Below, piece after piece: positions 20,035 through 31,468 of a stretch of 64,000 bases of DNA; positions within the stretch are counted from its first letter, which is position 1; each line of letters opens with the position of its first letter. A model generated the notes under the pieces. That model ran no database searches. It worked only from the letters and a program-made list of their open reading frames with translations, and was not told the DNA's origin. This DNA is from Candidatus Latescibacterota bacterium (lineage in GTDB: Bacteria; Latescibacterota; UBA2968; GCA-2709665): the NCBI GenBank assembly GCA_965222075.1, contig OZ244937.1, forward strand, positions 2,432,001 to 2,496,000, in the 5' to 3' direction. The position numbers and the translations under genes are program-made.

Positions 20035-21267
20035 ATGGACAAAATCAGACTCGCCCTCATCGGCTGCGGCGGCATGGGCACCCGGCACCTCTACGGCCTC
20101 CGCGAACTGGCGCAGACCCCCTTCAACAACGTCGAACTCTGCGCCCTGTGCGACATCCGCCGCGAACACGCCGAACTCGCCGCCGCAGAGGCCGAAACCC
20201 TGCTGGGCGTCCGCCCACAGACCTTCACCGACCTCGAAGAGATGGTCCGCAGCATCCCCGACCTGGACGCCGTAGACGTCGTCACGGACCCGTCGGTACA
20301 CCACACCGTCGTCTGCAAGGCCCTGGACCTCTGCCTCCACGTGGTGGTCGAAAAACCCATGGCCATCTCCGTAAGAGCCTGCCGGTTGATGCTAAAAGCC
20401 GCCGAACGCAACAACCGCAAACTGTCCGTAGCCGAGAACTACCGGCGGGACCCCTCCGCGCGCCTGGTCCGCCATCTCCTGAACACAGGCGAAATCGGCA
20501 CCCCCTACATGGCCACCTTCCACGCGCTGCGCGAAGGCGACCGGATCTTCATCACCCCCTGGCGCCACCTCAAAAACAGGGGCGGCCCCCTCCTGGACCT
20601 GGGCGTACACTACACCGACCTCATCCGGTATCAACTGGGAGACATAGCGGAAGTCTACGGCGATACAAGGCTGGTGGAGCCGGTGAGGAGAAAACCAGAC
20701 GCGATCAGCGACCCCTACGCCTTTTACCAGAACCGGTTCAAAGCGATGCAACCGGAGGCTCCCGCCACGGCAGAAGACACATCGATTGCACTGTTCAAAA
20801 TGGAAAGCGGCCTCACCTTGAGCTGGATCATAGGCACAGGCGGCCACGCCGACTGCAGCGGACAGCTCATCCTGGGAGACCGGGGAAGCCTTCAAAGTTT
20901 CGGAACCCGGGGTGGCAGGGCCGTCCTGAAGCGGGCAAACCGGGAAGCGATGGACCACGCTGAGATCCTCGCATCCGTCGACGGATTCACCCTGCACCCC
21001 CTGGCCGAATACTTCTTTCCCGACCGGGTTGCCACCGAAAACGTGGACTGGAAGCTCATCGCCCTCGAACAGCACGAACTCGCTCAGGCCATCCTGGAAG
21101 GCCAGGAGATCGAAGTGGATGCAACCGAAGGCCTGAAAGACGTGGCCGCCGTCTATGCCATCTGTGAGTCCTCCCGAGCCGGCAGGCCGGTTAAAATGAG
21201 CGAAATTGAGACCTGCCAGGTTTACGACTACCAGGCCGAAATCGACGAAGCGCTGGGGATCGTATAA
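20035..21267 (+). CDS. Gfo/Idh/MocA oxidoreductase
   Basis: IRLALIGCGGMG, VVEKPMA, AENYR, DLGVHYTD. Confidence 0.9.
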   Translation: MDKIRLALIGCGGMGTRHLYGLRELAQTPFNNVELCALCDIRREHAELAAAEAETLLGVRPQTFTDLEEMVRSIPDLDAVDVVTDPSVHHTVVCKALDLCLHVVVEKPMAISVRACRLMLKAAERNNRKLSVAENYRRDPSARLVRHLLNTGEIGTPYMATFHALREGDRIFITPWRHLKNRGGPLLDLGVHYTDLIRYQLGDIAEVYGDTRLVEPVRRKPDAISDPYAFYQNRFKAMQPEAPATAEDTSIALFKMESGLTLSWIIGTGGHADCSGQLILGDRGSLQSFGTRGGRAVLKRANREAMDHAEILASVDGFTLHPLAEYFFPDRVATENVDWKLIALEQHELAQAILEGQEIEVDATEGLKDVAAVYAICESSRAGRPVKMSEIETCQVYDYQAEIDEALGIV

Positions 21268-21288
21268 ACCGCGCCAGCAGTGATCGCC

Positions 21289-22653
21289 TCAGGGAGGCGC
21301 TTCGAGTGCCAAACGGATGGCGGAAGCGGCCGACGTGCCCGTTTCGATTGCTGTTTCGGTATAGGTGGTTCCCAGGTAGTCCCCCGCCAGGAAGATGCGC
21401 CCCAACGGACATTCCAATGCTGCTTGAACCCGATGGCGCCCCGGCCGGGGGTGTGGAAGACCGTGCTCCCAGCGCTGGATATAAACCTCTTCAACGATGT
21501 CCGCGATCTGGGGAAACACGGAGGAGAGATCCTCCACGTACCGCTTCGCGATTTGATTATCGTCGAGATCGGCCAGGCGCCGGGCGAGCCCGGCTCCGGA
21601 GTAGACCATCAAACTCCCGCCCGGCTGACGGGTGTCGCTTTTCGGTCGCAGAATATTGGCCATATTGAACATCATGTTGAATGATTTCTTCGGCGTCGCA
21701 ACCGCGTAAAGATCATCCCAGGGCGCTGGGCTCGTTTCCCTGGTGAGAAACGCGGCCACGACATAGGGGCCATACGAGATGGCCTCCAGCGCTTCTCGTG
21801 TCTTTGGGGCAAGCCCCGGGATAATGCGTCGCGTCACATAAGCCGGTGTCGCTGCGACCACGTAACGGGCCAACCGTTCATGCGGCACGCCATCCTGCGC
21901 ATAACAAACACGAACACGATCGTCTTCGGTTGTGACCTCCTTGACCGGACACCGCAGGTGAACGCGATCACCCAGCGTCCGTGCGATGGCCTCCGGCAGC
22001 TGACTCGACCCGCCAAAAATGTTCCGAGCGAGTCCCGCCTGGCGGTCCCAGACCAGCTGGAAGTAGCCGATCCCGTAGCCCGCGGTGACTTCCTCGGGTT
22101 CCCCCGAAGAACGATTGATCGTGGGCCGAAACATGGCATCGACATCCTCCGGAACATCTCCAAGAAAATCAGAGAATGTCTCGTCGCCACGAAAGGACAT
22201 GATCCGGGTGCGGCGTTCCTCTGCGGACTCTCCCTCGCGCGGTCGGGACATCCGCCCATACTCGGAAACCGCCAGCCGCAGCCGGATGCCCGCCCGCGCG
22301 AGCGTCCAACGATCGCGCCAGCGGAGCGGCAGGCGAAAGGGATACGTCTCAACGCGGCCCGTCCTCAGAATCTTCCCTTTGAAAGCAAGACCCGTGAGCA
22401 CGCCAGGCACATCCCCAGCCGTGACCCCGGTCGCATCAAGGAGCCGGGCGGTGGCAGACCCCGCCCCCCCAAAAACGTGGGCGCCCACATTCAGCCAGTA
22501 GCGACCGCGGGGAATAGACTTGATGCGTCCCCCCACGCGATCCTCGGCTTCCAGGACCAGAACATCCCGGTCGCGCAACTCCCAGGCGGCGGCCAAACCC
22601 GCAATCCCGCCACCCAAGACAATGGCTTCGTTGACGTCCTTTCCAACGGTCAT
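21289..22653 (-). CDS. FAD-dependent oxidoreductase (amine oxidase/HemY-like)
   Basis: VLGGGIAGLAAA, VLEAEDRVGGRI, FLAGDY; the ORF-track N-terminal extension overlaps the ilv promoter and is not credible. Confidence 0.85.
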   Translation of the reverse strand: MTVGKDVNEAIVLGGGIAGLAAAWELRDRDVLVLEAEDRVGGRIKSIPRGRYWLNVGAHVFGGAGSATARLLDATGVTAGDVPGVLTGLAFKGKILRTGRVETYPFRLPLRWRDRWTLARAGIRLRLAVSEYGRMSRPREGESAEERRTRIMSFRGDETFSDFLGDVPEDVDAMFRPTINRSSGEPEEVTAGYGIGYFQLVWDRQAGLARNIFGGSSQLPEAIARTLGDRVHLRCPVKEVTTEDDRVRVCYAQDGVPHERLARYVVAATPAYVTRRIIPGLAPKTREALEAISYGPYVVAAFLTRETSPAPWDDLYAVATPKKSFNMMFNMANILRPKSDTRQPGGSLMVYSGAGLARRLADLDDNQIAKRYVEDLSSVFPQIADIVEEVYIQRWEHGLPHPRPGRHRVQAALECPLGRIFLAGDYLGTTYTETAIETGTSAASAIRLALEAPP

Positions 22654-22830
22654 GCTGATCTGCCTTTTGGCCTCACACCTCTCCTCAGTCGTCAATCGCC
22701 CGCTTCTCAACCTGTCCTTAATGAAATATAAACAATGGTTGTGAATCCTCCTAACGCGCTCTCTTGGGGAGACACCACAGACCGCCTCGGACGCCCAGAG
22801 TCCACCAGCCGAGGAGGAACCGTTTTTTTC

Positions 22831-22859
22831 TTGACAATAGACACCATTAATTTTATATT
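22831..22859 (+). promoter_or_regulatory. Sigma70-type promoter of the ilv-leu operon
   Basis: TTGACA-17 bp-TATATT. Confidence 0.7.
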
Positions 22860-22921
22860 TTCCAATCTCTAAAGTAGTAAAACAGCAATCTGTGGAAATA
22901 GGGTCAAAGAAATTTAGGCCA

Positions 22922-23210
22922 ATGAACCGATACGTCACATCCCAATTTACCGCCAACACATTCTGTCCACCTGCTTCTGCACAGGCTGGCCTGTCTGTAC
23001 ATTTTCCCCTCCTCACCTTGCCCCGGATTGTAGGGATTGCAGTACGTAAGGATAACTTTATCCTCCCCTTACTCCTGAGCCTCTTATTGTCCATCCTGCT
23101 GGCTATTATTCTACAATAAGAGGCTCCATTCCAAGTCGATTCTCCCAGAACACAAAGAAAAGACCACGGATTGAGCCTCTGGAGCGATTCACAGGCAGTC
23201 GCCGTTTTGT
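22922..23210 (+). promoter_or_regulatory. Leu/Ile-rich leader peptide (22922-23119) and attenuator
   Basis: ORF ends [19 protein letters not shown]; alternative pairings GAGCCTCTT(23077)/AAGAGGCTC(23118)/GAGCCTCT(23173). Confidence 0.65.
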
Positions 23211-23232
23211 ACCTATATTAAGGAACCCGCGC

Positions 23233-23730
23233 ATGCCCAAAAAACATACCATTTCCGCCCTGGTTGAAAACCATTTTGGCGTCCTCTGTCGAGTAGCCGG
23301 TCTCTTCTCCAGCCGGGGGTTCAACATCGACAGCCTCTCCGTTGGTGAAACCGAAGACGCCACCATCTCCCGGATGACCATTGTCGTGCGGGGTGACGAC
23401 CGCGTCCTGGAGCAGGTCGTCAAACAGCTCAACCGCCTCGTCGACGTGATACGGGTAATCGACATTACTCAGGGCGAATTCATCGAGCGGGAACTGGCCC
23501 TCATCAAAGTCAAGGCAGACACCACAACCCGGTCCGAAATCATTCAGATCGCCGAGATCTTCCGGGCCAACATCGTGGACGTGAGCACCTCATCGATGAC
23601 CATTGAGACCACCGGTAAAGAAGATAAGATCGTGGCAATCATCAACATGCTCCGCGCCTACGGCATTAAAGAAATGGCCCGTACGGGCACTGTGGCCCTC
23701 CTGCGGGACTTTCAGCCTAAAAAAACGTAA
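23233..23730 (+). CDS. ilvN: Acetolactate synthase small subunit
   Basis: [39 protein letters not shown]. Confidence 0.95.
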   Translation: MPKKHTISALVENHFGVLCRVAGLFSSRGFNIDSLSVGETEDATISRMTIVVRGDDRVLEQVVKQLNRLVDVIRVIDITQGEFIERELALIKVKADTTTRSEIIQIAEIFRANIVDVSTSSMTIETTGKEDKIVAIINMLRAYGIKEMARTGTVALLRDFQPKKT

Positions 23731-23779
23731 CCGAAGACCAGTAACGAACCGTGCGTACACGACCAGGGAGGATAACCCT

Positions 23780-24766
23780 ATGCAGATGTATTACGACAAA
23801 GAAGCCGACCTCGGCCTCCTCAGCGACAAAACCGTCTCCGTCATCGGCTACGGCAGCCAGGGCCATGCCCATGCGCTTAACCTGCACGACAGCGGGGTTC
23901 GGGCTGTGGTGGGCCTGCGGGAAGGAAGCGCTTCCAGGCAGGCGGCTGCCGACGAAGGCCTGGAAGTCATGTCGGTCTCCGATGCGGCCAGCGCCGGCGA
24001 TATCGTGATGATCCTGATCAACGACGAAGTCCAGCACGACGTCTATACCCGGCAGATTGCGCCCGGCCTGTCGCCTGGCAATGCGCTCGCCTTTGCGCAT
24101 GGATTCAACATCCACTACGGCCAGGTCGTTCCCCCTTCCGACATAGACGTCTTCATGGTCGCTCCCAAAGGCCCCGGGCATCTGGTCCGGCGCATCTTCG
24201 CCCAGGGCGGTGGTGTGCCTGCGCTGCTGGCGGTTCACCAGGATCACACCGGAAAGGCCAAAGAAATCGCCCTGGCCTACGCCAAAGGGCTTGGCGCCAC
24301 CCGCGCCGGTGTCATCGAGACCACCTTCCGGGAAGAGACCGAAACCGACCTCTTTGGCGAACAGTCGGTCCTCTGCGGCGGCCTCACCGAACTCATCCGC
24401 GCCAGTTTTGATACTCTGGTCGAGGCAGGCTACCAGCCCGAAGTCGCCTACTTCGAGTGCCTGCACGAAGTCAAACTCATCGTGGACCTCATCTACGAAG
24501 GGGGCATCGCCAACATGCGCTCCTCCATCTCCGATACCGCAGAATACGGAGACCTGACCAGGGGCAAGCGCATCATCACCGCTGAAACCCGAAAGGTCAT
24601 GGGGGAAATCCTCAACGACATCCAGACCGGTGCATTCCCCAGGGAGTGGCTGCTCGAAAACCGGGTCGGCCGCCCGGTCTACACCGCCCGGAAACGCCAG
24701 GACCAGGAGCACCTGATCGAGGAAGTCGGCGCAAAATTGCGGGGCATGATGTCCTGGCTGGAATAA
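23780..24766 (+). CDS. ilvC: Ketol-acid reductoisomerase
   Basis: [32 protein letters not shown]. Confidence 0.97.
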   Translation: MQMYYDKEADLGLLSDKTVSVIGYGSQGHAHALNLHDSGVRAVVGLREGSASRQAAADEGLEVMSVSDAASAGDIVMILINDEVQHDVYTRQIAPGLSPGNALAFAHGFNIHYGQVVPPSDIDVFMVAPKGPGHLVRRIFAQGGGVPALLAVHQDHTGKAKEIALAYAKGLGATRAGVIETTFREETETDLFGEQSVLCGGLTELIRASFDTLVEAGYQPEVAYFECLHEVKLIVDLIYEGGIANMRSSISDTAEYGDLTRGKRIITAETRKVMGEILNDIQTGAFPREWLLENRVGRPVYTARKRQDQEHLIEEVGAKLRGMMSWLE

Positions 24767-24958
24767 GGACGAATAATTGAAGATTGACCGAATCCGCAAC
24801 CTTCAATAACAAAAGGGGGTGAGACAGATGGAATCCGACCTTGGCGACCTGAAGGACGAAAGTGAACTGCACCTTATCGGGCAGGTGGGACAGCGCTGCC
24901 GGAGGGTTCCATCTGCCGGTTGAATACGCCTGCTCCGGCGCCGGGAGGCAGAACATCC

Positions 24959-26515
24959 ATGACCAGCAAAAAAAACAATTCAGACCGTGTCATTGTTTTC
25001 GACACCACCCTGAGGGATGCCGAACAGACCCCCGGAGCGTCCCTCACCGTCCGGGAAAAAGTGGAAATCGCCCACCAGCTCGCCCGGCTGAACGTGGACG
25101 TGATCGAAGCCGGATTCCCGATCTCTTCCGGTGAAGACTTTGAAGCCGTGCGGCGCATTGCCCACGAGGTAGAAGGCCCCATCATCTGCGGCCTGTCCCG
25201 GGCCATCGATAAAGACATCGACCGCGCCGGTGAGGCGCTCAAAAGCGCCCCCAATCCCAGAATCCACACCTTTATCGGCACCTCTCCCAATCACACCGCC
25301 ATGGTCGGAAAAACCACGGATGAAGTCCTGCAGATGGCTGTCAACGCGGTGGAACGGGCCAAATCGTATGGCGACGATGTGGAATTCTCTCCGATGGACG
25401 CCGCCCGGACCGATACGGCTTATCTCTACGACATCATCGAAGCCACCATCGAAGCCGGGGCCACCACCATCAACATCCCCGACACGGTCGGGTACGCGGT
25501 TCCCGAACAATTCGGCGGTCTTATCACAACGATCCGGAAAAACGTGCCCAACATCGACCGCGCCGTCCTCAGCGTGCACTGTCACGACGACCTGGGCATG
25601 GCAGTCATCAACAGCCTGACCGCGCTGAAAAACGGGGCGCGTCAGGCCGAATGCACCATCAACGGCCTGGGCGAACGGGCGGGTAACGCCGCCCTTGAAG
25701 AGATCGTGATGGCGGTCAAGACCCGGGGCGACTACTTCGGCCTCTACACCAATGTGAAAACCCGCGCGCTCATCGCCACCAGTCGCCTGGTCAGCCGATT
25801 GATGGGCATTATGGTGCCTCCCAACAAAGCCATCGTGGGCGCCAACGCCTTTGCGCACAGCTCGGGCATCCACCAGGACGGCGTTTTGAAAAACCGGGAA
25901 AACTTTGAAATCATCGACCCCCGGGACGTGGGGCTGGACGCCACCAGCATCGTGCTCACCGCCCGGTCGGGCCGCCACGCCTTGAAACACCGGCTGGAAA
26001 AACTGGGCCGCCAGCTCTCCCAGGAAGACCTGGACAGGACCTACGAGCGGTTCTTGAAGGTCGCCGACAAGAAAAAAGAAGTCTACGACGAAGACCTCCT
26101 CGCCATCGTCGGCGACGAAATCCGGGACATCCCGGCAAAGTACCACCTCGAATACCTCCATACCGTCAGCGGCACCGGCACCGTTCCTTCCGCCACCGTC
26201 CGCATCCTCATCAACGGCACGGAGGAGGTGCAGGAATCCGCGTGTGGAGATGGTCCTGTCGACGCGGCCTATAAGGCCATTGCCAAGACCTCGGGCACGT
26301 CCGTGGAAGTGCACGAATACGCCATCCGGGCCGTCACCAGCGGCGCCGAGGCCATGGGCGAGGTCAACGTGCGGGTCTCCCAGAACGGGACTGAAGCCAC
26401 CGGACGGGGCGCTTCGACAGACATCATCGAAGCCAGCGCCAAAGCCTACATCGACGCGCTCAATCGCCTGGCCGCCCGTGCAGGCATCGAAGAACAACAC
26501 ACCCAGGCGGTTTAG
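24959..26515 (+). CDS. leuA: 2-isopropylmalate synthase
   Basis: [33 protein letters not shown]. Confidence 0.95.
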   Translation: MTSKKNNSDRVIVFDTTLRDAEQTPGASLTVREKVEIAHQLARLNVDVIEAGFPISSGEDFEAVRRIAHEVEGPIICGLSRAIDKDIDRAGEALKSAPNPRIHTFIGTSPNHTAMVGKTTDEVLQMAVNAVERAKSYGDDVEFSPMDAARTDTAYLYDIIEATIEAGATTINIPDTVGYAVPEQFGGLITTIRKNVPNIDRAVLSVHCHDDLGMAVINSLTALKNGARQAECTINGLGERAGNAALEEIVMAVKTRGDYFGLYTNVKTRALIATSRLVSRLMGIMVPPNKAIVGANAFAHSSGIHQDGVLKNRENFEIIDPRDVGLDATSIVLTARSGRHALKHRLEKLGRQLSQEDLDRTYERFLKVADKKKEVYDEDLLAIVGDEIRDIPAKYHLEYLHTVSGTGTVPSATVRILINGTEEVQESACGDGPVDAAYKAIAKTSGTSVEVHEYAIRAVTSGAEAMGEVNVRVSQNGTEATGRGASTDIIEASAKAYIDALNRLAARAGIEEQHTQAV

Positions 26516-26552
26516 ACAGCATGTCGTGCCCCACCTGGAGGGAAACCCGTTC

Positions 26553-27956
26553 ATGAGCCAGAGCCTGTTCCACAAGATATGGGACGCCCACGCCGTCCGC
26601 CAGCTCCCCTCGGGTCAGACGCAGCTCTTTATCGGGCTGCACCTGATCCACGAGGTCACCAGCCCCCAGGCCTTCCAGATGATGCGGGAGCGCGGGCTCC
26701 AGGTGGCCTATTCCGAGCGGACCTTCGCCACGGTAGACCACATCGTCCCCACAGACATTAGAACCCGCCCTTTTATGGATTCCATGGCTGAAGAGATGAT
26801 GGAGGCCCTCGAAGAAAACACCAGAGCCTTCGAAATCCCGCTCTTCGACCTCAACGACGACCGCCAGGGCATCGTCCACGTCATCGGGCCGGAACTGGGG
26901 CTTACCCAGCCGGGAATGACCATCGCCTGTGGAGACAGCCACACCTCCACACACGGGGCCTTCGGAGCCATCGCCTTTGGCATCGGCACCTCCCAGGTCC
27001 GGGATGTGCTGGCCACCCAGTGCCTGGCCATGGACCCCCTCAAGGTCCGCCGGATTGTCGTTACCGGCACCCTGTCCAAAGGCGTCTACGCCAAAGACGT
27101 CATCCTCAACATCATCCGCCGCCTCGGCGTCAAAGGCGGTGTGGGCTACGCATACGAATACGGCGGCCCGGTCGTTGAGGCCATGGGCATGGAAGAACGG
27201 ATGTCCATTTGCAATATGTCGATCGAAGGCGGCGCCAGGGCCGGCTATGTCAACCCGGACCGGACCACCTTCGATTACCTGAAAGGCCGTCCCCACGCCC
27301 CTGCCGACGATGCGTTCAACCGTGCGGTCGCGTGGTGGGATTCGATGGCCTCCGACGACAATGCCGACTACGACGAGATCTTTGAACTGGACGGCTCAGA
27401 GCTGCAGCCCACCGTCACCTGGGGCATCACCCCCGGCCAGGGCATCTATGTCACCGAAAAGGTCCCTGATCTCAAAGACCTTCCGGAAGACCAGCGGGAT
27501 GTGGCCTCCGAGGCCTACGACTACATGGACTTCAAGCCCGGCACGCCCATTGCCGGCACCCCCATTGACGTGGCCTTCGTCGGTTCCTGCACCAACAGCC
27601 GCATCTCCGATCTGCGGGAGGCCGCCCGAATCGCAAAAGGAAAAAAGGTCTCTCCTCGGATCAAAGCCCTCGTAGTACCCGGCTCTCAGGCGGTCTGCAA
27701 AGCGGCCGAGGCTGAAGGCCTCCACGAAATCTTCCAGGAGGCGGGCTTCGAATGGCGGGACGCCGGCTGTTCCATGTGCCTGGCGATGAACCCCGACAAG
27801 CTTCAGGGCCGCCAGATCTGCGCCTCATCCAGCAACCGAAACTTCAAAGGCCGCCAGGGCAGCCCCACCGGCCGGACCCTTCTGATGAGTCCGGCCATGG
27901 TCACCGCAGCCGCAATTGCCGGCGAGGTCGTCGACATCCGGACCATAATGAACTAA
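26553..27956 (+). CDS. leuC: 3-isopropylmalate dehydratase large subunit
   Basis: [35 protein letters not shown]. Confidence 0.97.
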   Translation: MSQSLFHKIWDAHAVRQLPSGQTQLFIGLHLIHEVTSPQAFQMMRERGLQVAYSERTFATVDHIVPTDIRTRPFMDSMAEEMMEALEENTRAFEIPLFDLNDDRQGIVHVIGPELGLTQPGMTIACGDSHTSTHGAFGAIAFGIGTSQVRDVLATQCLAMDPLKVRRIVVTGTLSKGVYAKDVILNIIRRLGVKGGVGYAYEYGGPVVEAMGMEERMSICNMSIEGGARAGYVNPDRTTFDYLKGRPHAPADDAFNRAVAWWDSMASDDNADYDEIFELDGSELQPTVTWGITPGQGIYVTEKVPDLKDLPEDQRDVASEAYDYMDFKPGTPIAGTPIDVAFVGSCTNSRISDLREAARIAKGKKVSPRIKALVVPGSQAVCKAAEAEGLHEIFQEAGFEWRDAGCSMCLAMNPDKLQGRQICASSSNRNFKGRQGSPTGRTLLMSPAMVTAAAIAGEVVDIRTIMN

Positions 27957-27972
27957 GAAGGAATACAACCCC

Positions 27973-28569
27973 ATGAGCGCATCTGCTTCTTCGGTCACCC
28001 GAATCCCCGGTCGCGGCATCCCGGTCCGGGGAAACGACATCGACACCGATCGGATCATCCCGGCGCGTTATTTGCTCAGCATCACTTTCGAAGGCCTGGG
28101 AGAACACGCCTTCAAGGACGACCGCAAATCCAGCGTCCACCCCTTCGATGACCCCCGTTTCCTGGGGGCCTCCATCCTGATCGTCAATGCCAACTTCGGA
28201 TGTGGTTCCTCCCGGGAGCACGCCCCCCAGGCCCTGATGCGCTGGGGCATTAAAAGCGTCGTTGGCGAATCCTTCGCCGAAATCTTCCTGGGCAACTCGA
28301 CGGCTATGGGCGTCCCCTGCGTTACCCTGAAACGCGCCGACATCCAGGCCCTTATGGACGCCGTCGAGCACGACCCGTCTCAGGAGATCACCATCGACCT
28401 GGCGGACAAAACACTCTCCTGGAGAGGTGTGAAGCTCCCCGTCGATATCCCAGATGGCAACCGGGTACAACTCCTGGAAGGCGCCTGGGACGCCACGGGC
28501 ATGCTCCTGGAAGGCGAAGACGCGGTCCGGAAGGTTGCCGAGCGCCTGCCCTATGTTACAGGCTTTTAG
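27973..28569 (+). CDS. leuD: 3-isopropylmalate dehydratase small subunit
   Basis: DIDTDRIIPARYL, NFGCGSSREHAP. Confidence 0.96.
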   Translation: MSASASSVTRIPGRGIPVRGNDIDTDRIIPARYLLSITFEGLGEHAFKDDRKSSVHPFDDPRFLGASILIVNANFGCGSSREHAPQALMRWGIKSVVGESFAEIFLGNSTAMGVPCVTLKRADIQALMDAVEHDPSQEITIDLADKTLSWRGVKLPVDIPDGNRVQLLEGAWDATGMLLEGEDAVRKVAERLPYVTGF

Positions 28570-28620
28570 GCCCTCACCCCCCCAATCTTCAAATTCATAC
28601 ACCCTCGTCTGGAGGAACCC

Positions 28621-29685
28621 TTGTCCCACAAAATCGCAGTCATCCCCGGCGACGGCACCGGGCCTGAAGTGGTGGTCGAAGGCCTCAAGTGTTTGAAGGC
28701 CGCAGCGGAAAAATGCGGCTTCAAGTACGAAACCGTGGAATTCGACTTCGGCGGCGAACGCTACAAGCGCACCGGGGAGACCCTCCCCGACTCGGCCCTG
28801 GAAGAACTGAAGACCTTCAACACCATCTACCTGGGTGCCATCGGCCACCCCGACGTCAAACCGGGCATCCTGGAGAAAGGCATCCTCCTGCGCACCCGGT
28901 TTGAGCTCGACCAGTACATCAACCTTCGGCCCGTCAAACTCTACCCCAACGTCGATTGTCCCTTGAAGGACAAAGGCCCCGAAGAGATCGACTTCGTCGT
29001 GGTCCGCGAAAACACCGAAGGGCTTTATGCGGGCAGCGGCGGCTTTCTCAAAAAGGGCACGCCGGATGAAATCGCCACCCAGGAATCGGTCAACACCCGA
29101 AAAGGCGTGGAGCGCTGCCTCCGCTACGCCTTCGAACTGACCCGGAAGCGGAACAGGGACAACACCCTCACCCTCTGCGGCAAAACCAACGTCCTCACCT
29201 ACGCCTTCGACCTCTGGGAGCGGGTCTTTCACGAAGTCGGAGAGGCCGATTATCCTGACATCAAACGCGACTACGCCCACGTGGACGCCACCTGCATGTG
29301 GATGGTCAAAAATCCCGAGTGGTTCGACGTCATCGTCACCGACAACATGTTCGGAGACATCATCACCGACCTTGGGGCGATGGTCCAGGGAGGCATGGGC
29401 GTCGCCGCCGGCGGCAACATCAACCCCGAAGGCGTCTCCATGTTCGAGCCCATCGGCGGCTCTGCGCCCAAGTATACCGGCCAGGGCATCATCAACCCCA
29501 TCGCCGGGATTGCAGCCCTTCAGATGATGCTCGACACTCTCGGAGAAGAGGCGGCCGCAGACATCCTGGAAAAGGCCATCATCGCAGTCGCCAGCACCAA
29601 ACTGAAAAGCATGTCCGCAGGCCAGATGGGCTACAGCACGTCGGAGGTCGGAGACCTCATCGCCGACGCTGTTGTCCGAACATAG
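28621..29685 (+). CDS. leuB: 3-isopropylmalate dehydrogenase
   Basis: [38 protein letters not shown]. Confidence 0.93.
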   Translation: MSHKIAVIPGDGTGPEVVVEGLKCLKAAAEKCGFKYETVEFDFGGERYKRTGETLPDSALEELKTFNTIYLGAIGHPDVKPGILEKGILLRTRFELDQYINLRPVKLYPNVDCPLKDKGPEEIDFVVVRENTEGLYAGSGGFLKKGTPDEIATQESVNTRKGVERCLRYAFELTRKRNRDNTLTLCGKTNVLTYAFDLWERVFHEVGEADYPDIKRDYAHVDATCMWMVKNPEWFDVIVTDNMFGDIITDLGAMVQGGMGVAAGGNINPEGVSMFEPIGGSAPKYTGQGIINPIAGIAALQMMLDTLGEEAAADILEKAIIAVASTKLKSMSAGQMGYSTSEVGDLIADAVVRT

Positions 29686-29794
29686 CATCCGGTTTATGAT
29701 GAACGCAGAACCGCTTGGCAAGAGGGATCAACCCCTTTGACGGGTCGGCGATCAGAACCTGATCCCTTCCCGATGCTTTGCCAGGGAGACCCTT

Positions 29795-31411
29795 ATGTCT
29801 AATCTCGTACAGATCTACGACTCCACCCTCCGCGACGGGGCCCAGGCCGAAGGCATCTCGTTCTCCCTGGACGACAAACTTATGATCGTCGAAAGGCTCG
29901 ACGACCTGGGGGTGCACTACATCGAAGGCGGGTGGCCCAACCCGACCAACCCTAAGGACCTCGAATTCTTCCTCCGGACACGGGACATGGACTTCCAAAA
30001 CGCGAAAGTCACCGCCTTCGGCAGCACCAGGAAGGCGAACAATCCCCCCGAAGAGGACGCGATCCTCAACACCCTCCTTCAAGCCGGCACAGAGGTCGTC
30101 ACCCTCTTCGGCAAATCCTGGGGACTTCATGTCACCCACGTTCTGCGCACCACCCCTGAGGAAAACCTGAAACTGATTCAGGACTCTGTCGCCTATATCA
30201 GGGCCAACGGACGGGAAGTGATTTACGACGCCGAACATTTCTTCGACGGCTACAAAGCCGATGCCGAATACGCGGTCAACACGCTCTTAGCCGCACAGAA
30301 AGGCGGGGCCGGCATCCTGGTCCTCTGTGACACCAACGGGGGCACCCTCCCCCTGGAACTCCACGACATCATCGCTCACGTCAAGGAGCGGATCGCCATC
30401 CCCTTCGGTATCCACACGCACAACGATATCGGTGTGGGAGTGGCCAACAGCATCGTCGCCGTTGAAATGGGGGCCGTACAGGTCCAGGGCACCTTCAACG
30501 GTTACGGAGAGCGGTGTGGAAACGCCAACCTCTGTTCCACCATTCCAAGCCTGGAACTAAAACTCGGAAAACACTGTATCGGCCCTGAGAACCTCCAAAA
30601 AGTGATGGACTTCTCCCGCTTCTTGAGCGAGACCGCCAACATCTATCACGACCACAGGCAGCCCTATGTGGGAGAAAGCGCATTTGCCCACAAAGGCGGC
30701 GTGCACGTCGACGCGATGGTGAAGCAGCCTGCCACCTACGAACACTGCGCCCCCGAACGCGTGGGCAACCAGCGGCGCTTCCTCCTCTCGGAGCAGTCCG
30801 GCGGCGCCACCATCGCCGCCAAACTGGAACACCTGATCCCCGATCTGGACAAACGGCATCCAACGGTTCAGAGGCTGCTCCGGCAGATCAAGCAGCTCGA
30901 ACACGAAGGCTACGTTTTCGAAGGGGCCGAGGCCTCCTTCGAGATCCTGGCCAGAAAGGCCCTGGGGACCTACCACGACCCGTTCCGTCTGATCGGCTTC
31001 CGCACCATCAACCGGAAAACCGCGGAGGGCACCGAAGTAGAGGCCATTGTCAAAATCGAAGTAGAGGACAGGATTTATCACACCGTGGCCGAAGGCGACG
31101 GTCCGGTAAACGCCCTCGACGCAGCGCTGCGGCAAGCGCTGGAGACAGTCTATCCCGTGCTCAAGAAAGTCCATCTGGCAGACTACAAAGTCCGGGTGCT
31201 CTCCGGACATGACGGCACCGCCGCCAGGGTCCGGGTACTCATCGAATCCTCCGACGGCAAACGGGTCTGGAACACGGTCGGCGTCTCGGAAAACATCATC
31301 GAAGCCAGCTGGACCGCCCTGGTCGACAGCCTCAGCTACAAACTTTTGAAAGACGGGATCATCGCCGCCGAAAAAGCCGATCGTCCCAAAGCCGAAAAGG
31401 CCCTTGCATAG
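29795..31411 (+). CDS. cimA: Citramalate synthase
   Basis: DSTLRDGAQAEG, GGWP, YDAEHFFDGY, AFAHKGG, ENIIEASW. Confidence 0.9.
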   Translation: MSNLVQIYDSTLRDGAQAEGISFSLDDKLMIVERLDDLGVHYIEGGWPNPTNPKDLEFFLRTRDMDFQNAKVTAFGSTRKANNPPEEDAILNTLLQAGTEVVTLFGKSWGLHVTHVLRTTPEENLKLIQDSVAYIRANGREVIYDAEHFFDGYKADAEYAVNTLLAAQKGGAGILVLCDTNGGTLPLELHDIIAHVKERIAIPFGIHTHNDIGVGVANSIVAVEMGAVQVQGTFNGYGERCGNANLCSTIPSLELKLGKHCIGPENLQKVMDFSRFLSETANIYHDHRQPYVGESAFAHKGGVHVDAMVKQPATYEHCAPERVGNQRRFLLSEQSGGATIAAKLEHLIPDLDKRHPTVQRLLRQIKQLEHEGYVFEGAEASFEILARKALGTYHDPFRLIGFRTINRKTAEGTEVEAIVKIEVEDRIYHTVAEGDGPVNALDAALRQALETVYPVLKKVHLADYKVRVLSGHDGTAARVRVLIESSDGKRVWNTVGVSENIIEASWTALVDSLSYKLLKDGIIAAEKADRPKAEKALA

Positions 31412-31415
31412 GTTC

Positions 31416-31455
31416 GCGCCGGGCTGCGGTTTACGACCTGCAGCCCGGCGCTTTC
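31416..31455 (+). terminator. GC-rich hairpin after cimA
   Basis: GCGCCGGGCTGC...GCAGCCCGGCGC followed by TTT. Confidence 0.55.
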
Positions 31456-31468
31456 GCCTTGAGTGCCT

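Noticed and set aside
22654-23094. 146-aa N-terminal extension of the FAD oxidoreductase
   Set aside because: Overlaps the divergent promoter and leader; the Rossmann motif starts near 22653.
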